Assembly (NCBI GenBank): GCA_004022145.1
Contig: RCNU01000001.1
From: Paecilomyces variotii
Taxonomy: Eukaryota
Length of the DNA stretch: 64,000 nucleotides
Direction: 5' to 3' (one strand)
Position 1 is the stretch's first letter, and the number at the start of each line of letters is the position of its first letter. Positions 37,946 to 50,214 of this stretch are shown here, piece by piece. The notes beneath the pieces were generated by a model, which ran no database searches, was not told where the DNA came from, and was given only the letters and a program-made list of their open reading frames with translations. The translations under genes and the position numbers were made by a program.

Positions 37946-39258
37946 ATGGAGGCGGACAAGATTTCGATCACCATATGCGGGGATGGTGGATGCGGTAGGT
38001 CATATCGTCCAGGATTCCCTCGATATTGGAAGTGCGGAATGATGTCGATGTCGTCCGCAATAATAATATATCGACGGCGATCGGCAGCGAACAATGCGTT
38101 CAGTGCCATCCTTGGAAACAAAGACGAAACTCAACCAGAGAAACTTACTCTGGCGTTCTGGCAGGTAAATCCTCCATCACCCTGCGATTGGTACGCAGTC
38201 AATGGACACATGAGTATGCTTTGCCTTGATTTCCCTCAAACCGATGAAATGCGCCGTGGATGGTTGGTTGGCTGACTTTCTTGCGTGTTAGATATGATCC
38301 CACGATAGGTAAACCAACTCACCTTGCTATTCTCCTATTCCCAGTCCAGTCACGAAATTGGCATTTTCTTCATAGCAACCATGTTCTGATTGTGTCGTTT
38401 GCGATATACAGAAGATTCATATTCGGTCACGCGGACCGTTGACGGTCTTCCTTACTTCCTTGCCCTCACAGACACTGCCGGGCAAGAAGAATACCGCGGT
38501 CTCTGGGCGGCAACGAACTTGAAATCAGATGCTTTCCTCCTCGTATACGACATCACAAATGCGCAGAGCTTGGAGGCATTGGACTATTTCATGGATATGA
38601 TCGATATCGAGGCGGAGCAACGGCTAGAAGACAATGAACGCTTGATGAGAGAGCTGGGACCTAGCGACGGAGACATCGTGGTCGGAATGGCTCCACCCGT
38701 TAAGATTATTGCTGGAAACAAATGCGACTTGAAGGACTCGAGAGTTGTATCAGCAAGAGACGGTCTAGAGTATGCGCGGAAGCATGGCTGCGGTTTTATG
38801 GAAACGAGCGCGCGAGAAATGGTTAATATTGAAGAGACATTTGCTTGTACGTATAACACTCTGCTCCCCACTGCGATTATTCTCGAGACTTGCTCTTTCC
38901 CCCGGGTGCGGGAGTAGAGCGTTACGGGAGTGTATTTCATGAGCTGACTGACGGTTCTACAGTGATAGTCCGACGTGTCATCGAAGCGCGCCGGTTACAC
39001 AAGGAGCAGCAGCAACCACCGAAGCAAATCCAAAAGGAGCAACCTTCTGAGAAGATGGGTACTTCGACCTCACGGACGCCAGCCTTGACTGCGAAGGAAA
39101 AAGCAACCGGTGACGGTGGGCGCCGACGTAGGTTTCTACGAAGGACTGGCACGCTTACGAAACGAGTCAGCAAGAGATTCTCCTCTGGCGAAGACGAACG
39201 TAAGTCTGGGGGTCAACAGACACGAGAAAGCTGGTGGGAACGCTTAAGGTGTTGGTAA
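37946..39258 (+). CDS. Ras-family small GTPase with atypical C-terminus; exons 37946-37994, 38165-38213, 38292-38308, 38412-38846, 38963-39258
   Basis: Spliced G1 GDGGCGKS, effector EYDPTIEDSY, G3 DTAGQEEY, G4 NKCD, G5 ETSA. Confidence 0.9.
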
Positions 39259-42200
39259 CCCTAGCAGAAAGCCTAGAGTTTCCATCAATACTTACGATCA
39301 TCTTTCTCTGCTATCCTCCCTCTGGACACAACTTCGTTTCTCTGTGAATTATTACCAGCCTCTTTATTTGGCTTATATGTCCTTTTTTTTTTATTCCTAT
39401 TTGAAGATCCTTCGCCATTGCGAAAAGTTCCCCAAAGTCTGGCTACTTGTTTGATATCCCCATGTTCTGCTATTTCGCGTCTGCTCTGTTCTGTTCTTCT
39501 TCAGCGATGACACGCCGTTCGATACCGTACCTAGACCAGGATTTGGTTTCTTTTAGTGTGATATTCTGTTGATATGTCTGTCTATACATATATTTCTTGT
39601 ATGTGTTCATTGTATATTTTTCTTGACAGACAGACCCCCACGCTGTTTCTGTTTACTTTGCTGCTGTTCTAAGAAAAAAGTCCCGCGATTGATTGGATGA
39701 AGAATCGTTAGAGAATAAGAAATAGTGCCATTGAGAAGTCAATAGCTGAGAAGTACATTTTTAGAAGTAGACTCGCAACCGTTAGCATATAGTAACATAC
39801 GAAATCAAATAGAACATGCACTATAAACTCTGGAGTTTGAAGGAAGAAACAATAGTCAGATTAGATAAAACATAAATAGGTGTCTGACTCGATTAAGCGA
39901 TATCTCAACACCTCTTTATTCCTTTATCCCGATTTGATCCTCTAATATCAACACAGTACAATCCTCTAGATACTTGATGACACATCATTGACTCGATCCA
40001 GACCTCACATTGCACTACAGTGACAGTCGGAGAAGTAGAAAGGAAAAGACATGCAACCAAGACTACGACGTCGAGCATCCTTTTGCCACAGCAAGTCAGG
40101 CCGTTTATTAACTAGACATAGTTAAAGTCAAGGAGGTAAGCTCGTTCTAAGAAAGCAAGCAAACGAATATGGCCTAGAGTAGATCCAGCTCACGAGCATG
40201 AGCCACGTTCTTTGGCTCCATCACTGCGTGCTAGTCCTACTCTCGTATCCCAAGATCGCAGCGGCAGAAGACAGTAAAGGAGAACTCGACGAAAATGGAA
40301 CGAGAGCCTCCATAATTACTTTTTATGTGTCCTGTTATGTCGATTTATTCCGTGAGAGCTAATACTCTAACCTCATCTAGATTCCCGTCTTTCTCTCACT
40401 GATCAGCAACCTTCCCTAATCAGTTTGGTGACACAGCCTCCTCTCAGTAATATACTGACTATGAGCCCTGATCCTTCTTCAATACTATGCAACACACAGG
40501 CACCAATACCACGAACACGAAGCCCAGCAGACTACTCGCCGGGCCAATTCCTAGGGATGAGAACAAGACGAGCTCAACGGGTTGTGATACGCAAAAGCTG
40601 ATTTCGATGCTCCGTCACGGCGATATAGTTATATCATAACAATACTATACTATACTATACTATACTACATACCTCTATTATCAGATCCTGTTGATGTAAT
40701 CCCACATATCAATCGAAGTAGTGAGACAAGTTACATATTCACCAATAACATTTGCAATAGAATGATTCATAATCAGGCTAGATAGACTATGTAACTAATC
40801 CTGAAAGTCTCGATACTGTTTCCCTTTCAGCAAATAGTATTTCACTCTTTCTACAGTAGGTAGGTAACTTGACGTGAATGTCTATGATTGACGTGGGCTT
40901 GCGTATTTGATAACTAACTTGTTACCTTAGTCAGTTCGTTACCCGCCATCCAGAAGAGTAGTCAGCAATGCAGTGACTGGGGTTCGTTGGTGAGGTAAGC
41001 GAGAATGCGAGAGAGAGAAAGAGAGAGAATGAGAGATTAGCTAGATGGAGCATGTCAAGGTGGGGGGGAGGGGAAACTTCTCCGTGGTGCTTTGTCTCGG
41101 CGCTTGGATGGGGAATGTTGGTGTCAGTTAGACATGACTATCAATGGTTCTAGAATTATCACACGATTTTCTTTCTGCTTCAGTTGCTATCAGTGTGGTA
41201 GAGGGAGGGAAGAAAATAATAGTGTAGGAGGAACAGTCCTTATCTATCTAAATTCGTAGATTACTCGGGATAGGTGAGTAATCTGGATCAAAGAAAGAAG
41301 GGCAGGATAGACATGGTCATGGATTTGATGTACATACTCATCGCAGAGTTACCTGACCTGATTCTGGCCCTATTCCTAGAACCTATGTGGGTGTTCTAGA
41401 AGACAGCATCTTCAATGATGATCACTGACTATGGTGTGCCCGTCGGGTGTTTTCCTTGAAGAGTCGTTATCCATCCACTCACGAAAACGGAAGTGAGGTC
41501 ATCACTGCTTCTTTCCGTAGACACATGTATCAATCGCTCCACACGATTGAAGAGTAGATGTCTCCTTTTGAAAACGCGTTTTGATCAATACATTACGCCT
41601 GTTTCTGTAAGAAAAACCCCAGTTGAATTCGCATGGAGTCATGAATAATGATGTCGTAGTAAAAAGACAGTGGAGCAAAAAACTGTCATGACGCGCTTAC
41701 AATGAACGGGATCGACGCACCGCCGGCGCTACCAACTGACATGCCCTAAGTTCTAGTTAACTACGGTATGGATACTACCAATTTATGAACTACGTTATCA
41801 TTCTTAATCTTACCATACTCTTAGAAGATCTGAGTTGATACTCCGTCAAAGAGAGGTAACTACCAACTAACTAACTAACTACTCAACCTATGATTATTGA
41901 AAAAAAAAAGTTCTTTCGATTCGATTAGTTCCCAGAAATAGACCTTTTGTTATTCTTGCTTTTCGGGGCCGAAATCTCCGAGATTCTTTTCTTTTCCTTT
42001 TTCCCTCTCGGACAAATCGGACAGTTTTGTAATCACGGCACGGTTGAAAACATTGACGACATGTTCTTCTCAGGGCCGGGGGCGAGCTCCAACGAACGGA
42101 TTGATCAGTTTTGTTTTCTACTTACAGGGGACCAACGCAGAGGCTGTGACGCTATCGCGACATATCGAGTCGAGTAGTAATTTCTAGAGGATAGAATAGC

Positions 42201-44630
42201 GTTACTGTTAGTTAGTCCCTGGTGTGATGTGTACGTGCATCGTCATTATCGCTACTACTACTACTACTACCACTACTACTAGTTATGTCCTCGATATCGA
42301 AACATTAACCGAAAGGGGAGGCGAAAAAATATATAAAAATAAAATGAAAATGAAATCAACGAATCGATGAATCGATGAATCAATCAATCGATGATGAAGT
42401 GATTGAAGGGGACTGGCTGGGCGGCTATATTGTATTGTATTATTGTGATTCCGCATCCGCATCCGTTCGTGTTGCATCTATCTATCTGCCAACAGCAGTA
42501 GTAATCGCTTCGAAAGACTACATCTCCAAAACAAGGAACGGCCGTTTCTGGACATGGCAAAGATCTAGACCCCCTCCCAACTTCTGGGGGTGGATTGCGA
42601 ACGCGCTTGTCGCGACATGACCGTGGTTCTTTTAACTGGTTCGCTAGAGGAAATGGGAGAGGAGTTTGGTCAGGGTGGCGCAACGATGAAGTCAAAACCA
42701 CGATTTCTAGACGCGAAAGATCATCAACTCTGATAGTAGTACAACTCTCCGCGCGGGTTGTGTGCGCAAATTAGATCCGAGAGGAGCAGTATCCCGCATG
42801 GTAGCTAGATAACTTAAGAAAACAAAAGAAACAGAAAATAGAAAAAAGGGGATGGGCTAGACTGGGTAAGGGTCCTAGGGATAAGATAGATAAGTTAGGT
42901 TAGTAACTTAGGGGGGTGACATGAGTATGGTATGACCACGTCATGGAGAGAGAGAGAGCCCCTGGCAAGGAAGATCAGTCGAGACAAGATCATTGGATGC
43001 AGAGATTCTTCGAGACTGTTGAGTGAGCTGTTTGTTGCTTCTGATTAATCATGAACGAGGGAAGAAACAGAAAGCAGCCGAACATTGTTTTTCTTTTTTT
43101 TTCTCTTTCTTCTAGCATTCTGAGTCAGCTGTGGTGGCATCGCATCCGAACACGACGATAGGCCAGCACGGGCTGCCGTACCGAATAGCTGGACTGGGAA
43201 CATTTTGGGTCGGCAGCCTTGCCGAGCGAGTTATGTGCACAATATGCACAGTCCCCGGGTTGTGCAGTGGTATTATTCTGTATTATGTTGTATTATGTTG
43301 TATTATTTGTATTATTGATGACGGGTTGTCATGTACTCCGTCCGTATGTTACATGACCGTGACCGGATGCGTTAGTCAGTTAGTCAGTCAGTTACAACAA
43401 CGGCAGGCAAAGACCGCTCGGGCGGTAAGTTGTAGATACAGTATGTATACATAACTTGAGTGTATCGATGGAAAAGGCGGCATGAAGTTATTATTCATTA
43501 TCGAAGTATCTACACTACAGTACACATCATGACTTATTGGCTGGAAGAGAATTGCTGTGATGATTCGAATCATCACCGGTTCATCAAAAAGAAGCATCCA
43601 AATCCCCCTATAGCTGCTAACTAACTAACTAATTAGTTAGCTATCGATCAATAATGACTTCAGAGGGAAACCCTGCAACAGCTTTACGAGCAATCATCCC
43701 GTGGAAAGCGGCCTGTCAACCCCTGGCCGAGTCGATGCTGGCATGAAGTGAAGTCAATTATTCAAGTCAATCAACTCAGTCAAGTCAAGTCAATTAAGTC
43801 AACTCAAGTCAAGTCGTCAAGACGACCGGAATCAGATAACTATCTAGTTACTTAAGGTACTCTATCCGATTATTAACTAATAATACCGAGTCCAGATGAT
43901 CGACGGTCTGTCACGTACGGTCAGCCACTCCGGCGTTACGCTCGGCCTTTGTAGCTCCGTCGCTTCGCCGAAAAAGACGCATCTTCTTCCGTGAGCCGTT
44001 CCAGCGAGTTAGTGTAGGATCTAGCGCCGCCCATGCCTGGATCGAGCAGGAGTAAGGAAAGTTACTCGTATTACTTACTTGGGACTTGTCGGTGCCGGAA
44101 GCATTATTATTGATTCCAAGGTCCCACAGTCCACTGCCATGTCCCTGTGATCAGGAAAGCGATCGGGCTGCTTACCTGTGCTTGCTCTGATGTGTGGCTG
44201 TCGTCAACGACAAGCCATTTAGTACTAAAGCAACCATCCTCCCTCCAGTTCCACATACCCAAGGGAACCAGAATTCGCATCTTCTGAACCGTTCTCCTGT
44301 TTTATTTTTTTGCCTTTCCGACTAGCACATACATACGTTTGCAGTCGGTTGCAGATCCCTATCCTGATCCATCCCTATCTATACCTACTACTACTACTCT
44401 ATATCCATCATTACCATACTTCTCCTCGCCGGCTGATGCCATCGATCCTATATCATTGAACCAACCCGTCAGATCAGATCAGATCAGATCCTTGAAAGAA
44501 AAAGGGTTCTCTTGTTTGCGACTGTTCATTCCTCCATATTAGAATATCAACCAGACGTGAACCGTACTCGGTTCCGACTTAATCTTCCTAACAAAACAAC
44601 CCACATCATACATACATCCATACATATACA

Positions 44631-45701
44631 ATGACCGCCCGACAGTCCACACCACCGTCCGATAACAACTCCCATTCTGACGGCAACGTCCGAAAGAGGG
44701 TGTGTAAGGCGTGTGATCGATGTCGACTGAAGAAGTCAAAGGTATGGATTATGTGATTTTCATTTTTTATTCTATATTTTTAATAACCGCTGCCAATAAA
44801 ATTCTGGATTTGTAAGACAATGCGCTGACAATCGCAGTGTGATGGCGCCAACCCATGCGGCCGGTGTCGCGCAGACAATGCCATCTGTGTCTTTGGTGAG
44901 CGCAAGAAGGCTCACGACAAGGTGTATCCGAAGGGGTGCGTTTCACTCGAACATTCCGGAAAAGAGAACCTCGTGTACTGATATATATCTCAAAACAGAT
45001 ACGTCGAGATGCTTGAGCAGCAACAGGCCTGGCTCGTATACGGTCTACAAGAACTCTACCGACGAACGCACGATGGAGAAGGCTGGCCCGGGGAGCCGTT
45101 GAAGGTCGAGGCCAACGGCCACCCGCTGACACACGATATGCTTACTGCCTTGGGCGCCCTGGATCAGACGAAAGGAGAACATTTCGAAGAGAACACGGAA
45201 GCCCTGCAGCAGGAGCTATGGCAACAGAACGCTGGCCACATGCAGCGCCAGGAGTCGTCCGATGGCAGCTCAGACACCGCGCACTCGCCCGTCACCCAGT
45301 CGCGATTCCCAGAGAACACCTTCGCGCGACACCAGCTGCCGCCCACACCTCCGAACTACAGCCCTGCGTCACGATCGCAACCGTTGTCTGCCAAGGCAGA
45401 GCCGGCGCCCCAGAACAATACAGCCTTTTCCACCCCTCTATCGATGCAGGGAGTCGTCAACCCGATCGCTCTCCAGGGTTCGCAACAATGGCCCCAGAAC
45501 GGCTTTGGCCCGTTCGACGAGATGGATTTCATGGGATCGACCGACTACAGCAGTCTGCCGTTTGACGACCCGCAGGTGTCGTCGCCCATGTTCAACCGCC
45601 AGATGCCCCTCAGCTGCATGCCATCGACATCATTTATGGACACGAACGACGACTTCAACCAATTCCTGAATCCGAACCCGACGGAGATCACCTCGATCTA
45701 G
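44631..45701 (+). CDS. Zn(II)2Cys6 transcription factor (short type, resembles proteins annotated Fcr1-like); exons 44631-44741, 44838-44935, 44999-45701
   Basis: RKRVCKACDRCRLKKSKCDGANPCGRCRADNAICVF (six Cys) followed by YVEMLEQQQ coiled coil; the DNA-binding exons are missed by the ORF track. Confidence 0.92.
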
Positions 45702-48443
45702 ACCCGTTTTATGACGCCCTCTTGCCGGACTTTCATTCATTTAGCGCGCGCTCCTACGACGTCATGGCATGTATAATTAGCTATACATGTATTCGAGATT
45801 ACTCTGACCTCGCTCGATGCGAGTCTAGTCTGTTCTAATACTGCGGGTTCGGGAAGGCCTCTTTTATTACTACTTCTCTTGTACAGTTTTTTCCTCTTGG
45901 GCTTTTGGTTAGGTTAGGTCACCGTCCATTCGTTCTATGTTACGGCCATCGACCCGGGGTGAATTTACGAATGGATCTATGGGTGTTTTCAGGCGTTCTG
46001 GAAAAGAAAGGCCGCGGCCTGACACTCGGACTCGGGACGGGGCTTCTTTTTTTGTGGAATTATTCGGTTTAGGGCATGCCACTGTGATGGGAGTTATCTA
46101 TTCATTATTATCATTCATGCTATTAGGGCCTGGGCTTTAATACTTTGCATCCATGCAACATATTATTATCATCATCATTTATCACTGTTATCATTTACAT
46201 TCATGTACGACGGTATCTTCTGCACTTCATTGCGATCGAAAAAAAACTATGTGACCTTTTCTGTTTAAACTTTTAGATAGACAGGCACTGCATTCTCATC
46301 GACGCATGGATGACTCAAGAGAAACCAATCAATCGTATTAATTAATTTAACTAACTATTCCACATCACATACATACCATAACCCTTAGACCTTGCGTCCA
46401 GCCTTAAAAAATTAATCAGTTTTGCTAACTACTTCACCATGACAATATGTAGTGAGAGAGAGCCAAGCTTTTCTGCTACGAGCCGATCACTGAGAGAGAC
46501 CCGCAGAAAAAGCTATCCTGGAGGGTGAGCTCAGCTCGTTTCTATTATTTCCCTTTAACATTCCCTACAGTAAAGATGGAGAAAGTGAATTTTTCCACTG
46601 TGACATGTCAATCCTGATCCCTGTTTCTTTCTAGAGAATGAGAAAAGAACAATAGCAATAAATGAGTGAATGGATGATGTAATTGACCTTTCTCAGCCGA
46701 TAAAGTTTCGCAACCGAGAAAGCAAGCAAGTCAGCGAGAAAATGTACTACAGTACTTACTTAACTCATTCCAGGACTTAAGAACCGAGAAGCGTTTAAAT
46801 TATCCATTATTATTTCTTCTTTATTATTATTCATATCAAAGTCCAGCACAGCCCAGCTCAGCTTTACTTACTTACTTACTCCGTACTCTGCGTAGAGTAC
46901 CTAGAATAACTAATAGAAGAAGAAAAAAAAAGCCCGCCCAAAAACAGGATCCACCCCCGAGCTGCGGTTGCGGGTCAACGCCGATGCCGACCCAAAGGTT
47001 ATACTCGAGTTAGTTAGTTTAACTGTAGTTAACTAATCATACTGTCATAGTCAGAATAACTAGAGTCGAAACTTAGGTTATTTAGGTAATCAACCTATTT
47101 TTCTCTCTTTTTCTTTTTGCGCGCTTTTTTTATCCGAGTCCGAGTCCCGAGTCCCGATGTGCCGATCGTCCGTCCACAACTAACTAACTTGTACTATTAT
47201 CTAGAACTTGGCATAGATGGCCATGAATGATTTTAACTGGTTCCCTTTTATTTTTTTTTTTGGCTGGCTGTGGGCGGTCTACTTTATTCTGAGTAATTCC
47301 ACTACTAGGGAGGGTCTGCTTTTGTTCGAAATACTCCCTATTCCCTCCCCCCTCCCCCTTCCTTTAGTGGTCCACCTTTTCTCCTCATGAGGGGGAGGAA
47401 AGATAAGATGAGATGAGATGAAATGTTAGTTTTTGTTGTCTGTGTAATTTATTAACGACTGAGAAGATGTGCATATAGTTAACTTAGTAGTTGTTACTAG
47501 TACTACTAAATGTGCCACTACCGACTAAGGATATTATTCAAGAAAATGTGCGTTAGCGCATGCTTTGAGAGCATACTGTAGTTATTACAATACTAGCTAT
47601 TATTATTTAGTTAACTACTATGCTTATCATTACCACATAATAATAATGCATAATACATAAAAGTCGCACAGTCCCATCTACTCTATCTAGTAATTATAGT
47701 ATAGCGAAGCGAAGCAAAAGCTATATATCTACATGTAACTAAATTATAATAATGTATTATTATAGCCCCGAGACCAAAATCGACATTAAATCCTAGTCTC
47801 GATTTTTCTCCGACAAGACTCGAAGTAGGGCATGACCTACATATACTTAGTAGACTAGTCACTACAACGTTGCAAGGTTCATGACATGGCACGAGTGCAT
47901 ATTAATTACCGCAGAATCGTCGAAAAGCTTACTTACTTAGACTAGATATCTAACTAGGTAGGCTGAGAAGGACGCGGGATAGTAGTATATAGTGCGGTAG
48001 TTAGTTAGTTACATAGTTAGTTACTTACTCGATGCATTAAGATGCTATTCAAAAATGAATAACGATATCTGAGATCTCAGTAGAGATGGATCATGGATCG
48101 CTTTCATAATATGGAATAATTCCAACGACTTCAAAAAAAGGGACCCTCTCCCAGTTCAAAGAAAACTGCTAAGAGGAAGATTGTTGTTTCGTCCGTAAAA
48201 GGCAGAATGGGCCGGCGGCAGAAATCAGCTGCCGCCTTTCGCTGCTAGTAAATAGTATCTACTATCTAGAGTAATGAATAGCGGTGGTAGGAGATCTTCT
48301 CCGCACAGGGGGATCTCTTTCGATCATCTCTATGCAGGAATCTGAACTTAGTACTGCTACAATACAACGCGTTTGAGGATCTTCTTCTTCTCTCGCGCTA
48401 GTTCTACCTTTGTTTTTAATAACATATGTCCGTGATAATAATA

Positions 48444-49076
48444 CCCCGCGTCCACGATCCGAGATCAGCCCATCATTCTCAGCCTTTTACCCTGGCTGGA
48501 AGGATATAGGATAAGAGGGGATGGTTCCATGATCTCCAAAAGACCCATGCGACATCGATTATCATTAAAATCATATGGTTGTCATACGATATCCCTCAAG
48601 GCTCAAGGGGATCATAAGGTTGATTGCTAACTAGTAGGACTTTTTTGCCTGCGTCGCGTGTTTTGCTCATTTTAGGGGATTGTAGAGGTCAGGTTCTAAG
48701 TTTTTGTTGTTCTAAATTTCTGTGCCTACTATTATTATTTCCTTATTGAGTGACATGTCCTGGATAGCCATCATGAAGCTGCACAACATTGTTGTGTTGT
48801 ATCGATCCCCGTTTCTGCCTTCAGAATCAGGTGTCAACGCGTCGCGGGGAAGTTCTAGTTTAGCCTAATCAGAAGCCAGGGACAATGGCAGGCAAAGACC
48901 CCGCGGTTGATATGGACAGCTTTCTACAAGCTTCATCATTTTAACCGAGTATAGTGCCACGGTGAACAGCTTCACGGCTGCAATAGCTCCTCAGGAACCA
49001 GTTCCCCCTCTATAATTTCACCCTCATCCCCAGGTTTGCCCCTCGAGATAACAAACTGACGTGCTGCGTTGCGGGG
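48444..49076. promoter_or_regulatory. Cluster of CreA-type SYGGRG sites (48444, 48844, 48899, 49028, 49071) and an XlnR-type GGCTAA (reverse strand, 48860-48865) upstream of aldose 1-epimerase
   Basis: Motifs read directly; function inferred from known Aspergillus CreA and XlnR consensus sequences. Short motifs also occur by chance. Confidence 0.45.
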
Positions 49077-49137
49077 TTATTCACTTACGACGTCATCTCA
49101 CAATTATCTCCCCTAAAGCTTCAACATCTTCTTGACA

Positions 49138-50214
49138 ATGTCTGACCCTCAAGAATCTGCATTCACTTTCCTCCCCCTCGGAGGTATCATCCAGGAATTC
49201 CGCGTGGCCGGCCACAACATCGTCCAAGGCTTCCCCACGCAGCAACAGTACGTCGAGGTCAAAAATCCGTACTTTGGCGCGACCATCGGCCGTACGTGCA
49301 ACAGGACGAAAGACGGGCTCCTCAAGGACCTGAACGGGAAGACGTACAGTCTCGCGAAGAACAATGGACCGAATTCGTTGCACGGCGGTGAGGTTGGATG
49401 GGACAAGAAGATCTTCGAAGGCCCCCAGGCTGTGAACCACAATGGCAAGGAGGCACTGCTCTTCAAGTACCTCAGCAAGGATGGCGAGGAGGGATACCCT
49501 GGCACGGTGGAATTGAGGGTGTGGTATATGGCCAGCAAGGAGGACGTCGATACGCCGACCCCGAAGACCGTTCTCGTGGTCGAGTATGAGGTCGAGTTTG
49601 TCGGTGACGAATGCGAGGAGACTGCTGTCAGCGTTACCAACCACAGGTCTGTATATCCTTTAGCAGAAGGATTGTCGGTTGTAAACGAGAGATCGCTGAC
49701 ATGGAAGCATAGTTACTTCAACATCTCAGGTGGCCCAACCATTGCTGGCACCCGGGCCCAGTTGTTCACGGACAAGTATCTCCCAGTCGACTCCACCCTT
49801 ATCCCCACGGGGAAGATCGAGAAGTACGATGCTGTCAATGTCACGGAGCCCTTCGATCTGCAGGCAACGGAGCCAGCCATTGACAACTGTTTCGTGATGG
49901 ACACTGATCCATCCAATGTTCCCCTCGACACCCGCGGACGTCCGCTGAGACGTCTAGCCCAGTTCAGCCACCCGGCTACGGGACTGCGCCTTGAGGTAGA
50001 GAGCACGGAGCCCGCGTTCCAGTTCTACACTGGCAGCGGTGTCGATGTCGCCGCGTCCGAGGGAGTTCCCGCCCGCGGTCCGGGGGCGGGATTCTGCGTC
50101 GAGCCTAGCCGCTTCATTGACGCGGTCAACCGCCCAGAGTGGAAGCCAATGGTGGCTCTCAAGAAGGGACAGATCTGGGGAGCTAAGAACTTGTACCGGG
50201 CCTGGAAGCAGTAA
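49138..50214 (+). CDS. Aldose 1-epimerase (galactose mutarotase, GalM); in-frame intron 49647-49712
   Basis: YFGATIGR..NR, NSLHGG, DGEEGYPG, spliced TNHSYFN, QFYTG and GFCVEP motifs. Confidence 0.93.
   Translation: MSDPQESAFTFLPLGGIIQEFRVAGHNIVQGFPTQQQYVEVKNPYFGATIGRTCNRTKDGLLKDLNGKTYSLAKNNGPNSLHGGEVGWDKKIFEGPQAVNHNGKEALLFKYLSKDGEEGYPGTVELRVWYMASKEDVDTPTPKTVLVVEYEVEFVGDECEETAVSVTNHRSVYPLAEGLSVVNERSLTWKHSYFNISGGPTIAGTRAQLFTDKYLPVDSTLIPTGKIEKYDAVNVTEPFDLQATEPAIDNCFVMDTDPSNVPLDTRGRPLRRLAQFSHPATGLRLEVESTEPAFQFYTGSGVDVAASEGVPARGPGAGFCVEPSRFIDAVNRPEWKPMVALKKGQIWGAKNLYRAWKQ

Noticed and set aside
38160..38172. CAG|GTAAAT at the Ras exon 2 start as a recursive or nested (stwintron) splice site
   Set aside because: GT AAA is required coding sequence (Gly-Lys of the P-loop), and using it as a donor would frameshift; no nested intron is needed.
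43749..43815. AAGTC/TCAA repeats as a CRISPR-like or telomeric array
   Set aside because: Degenerate microsatellite without spacers; not TTAGGG; eukaryotic context.
45702..49000. AT-rich, TA-rich tracts as RIP-mutated transposon remnants
   Set aside because: No terminal repeats, target-site duplications or transposase/RT fragments visible; they resemble the other low-complexity intergenic DNA in the window.
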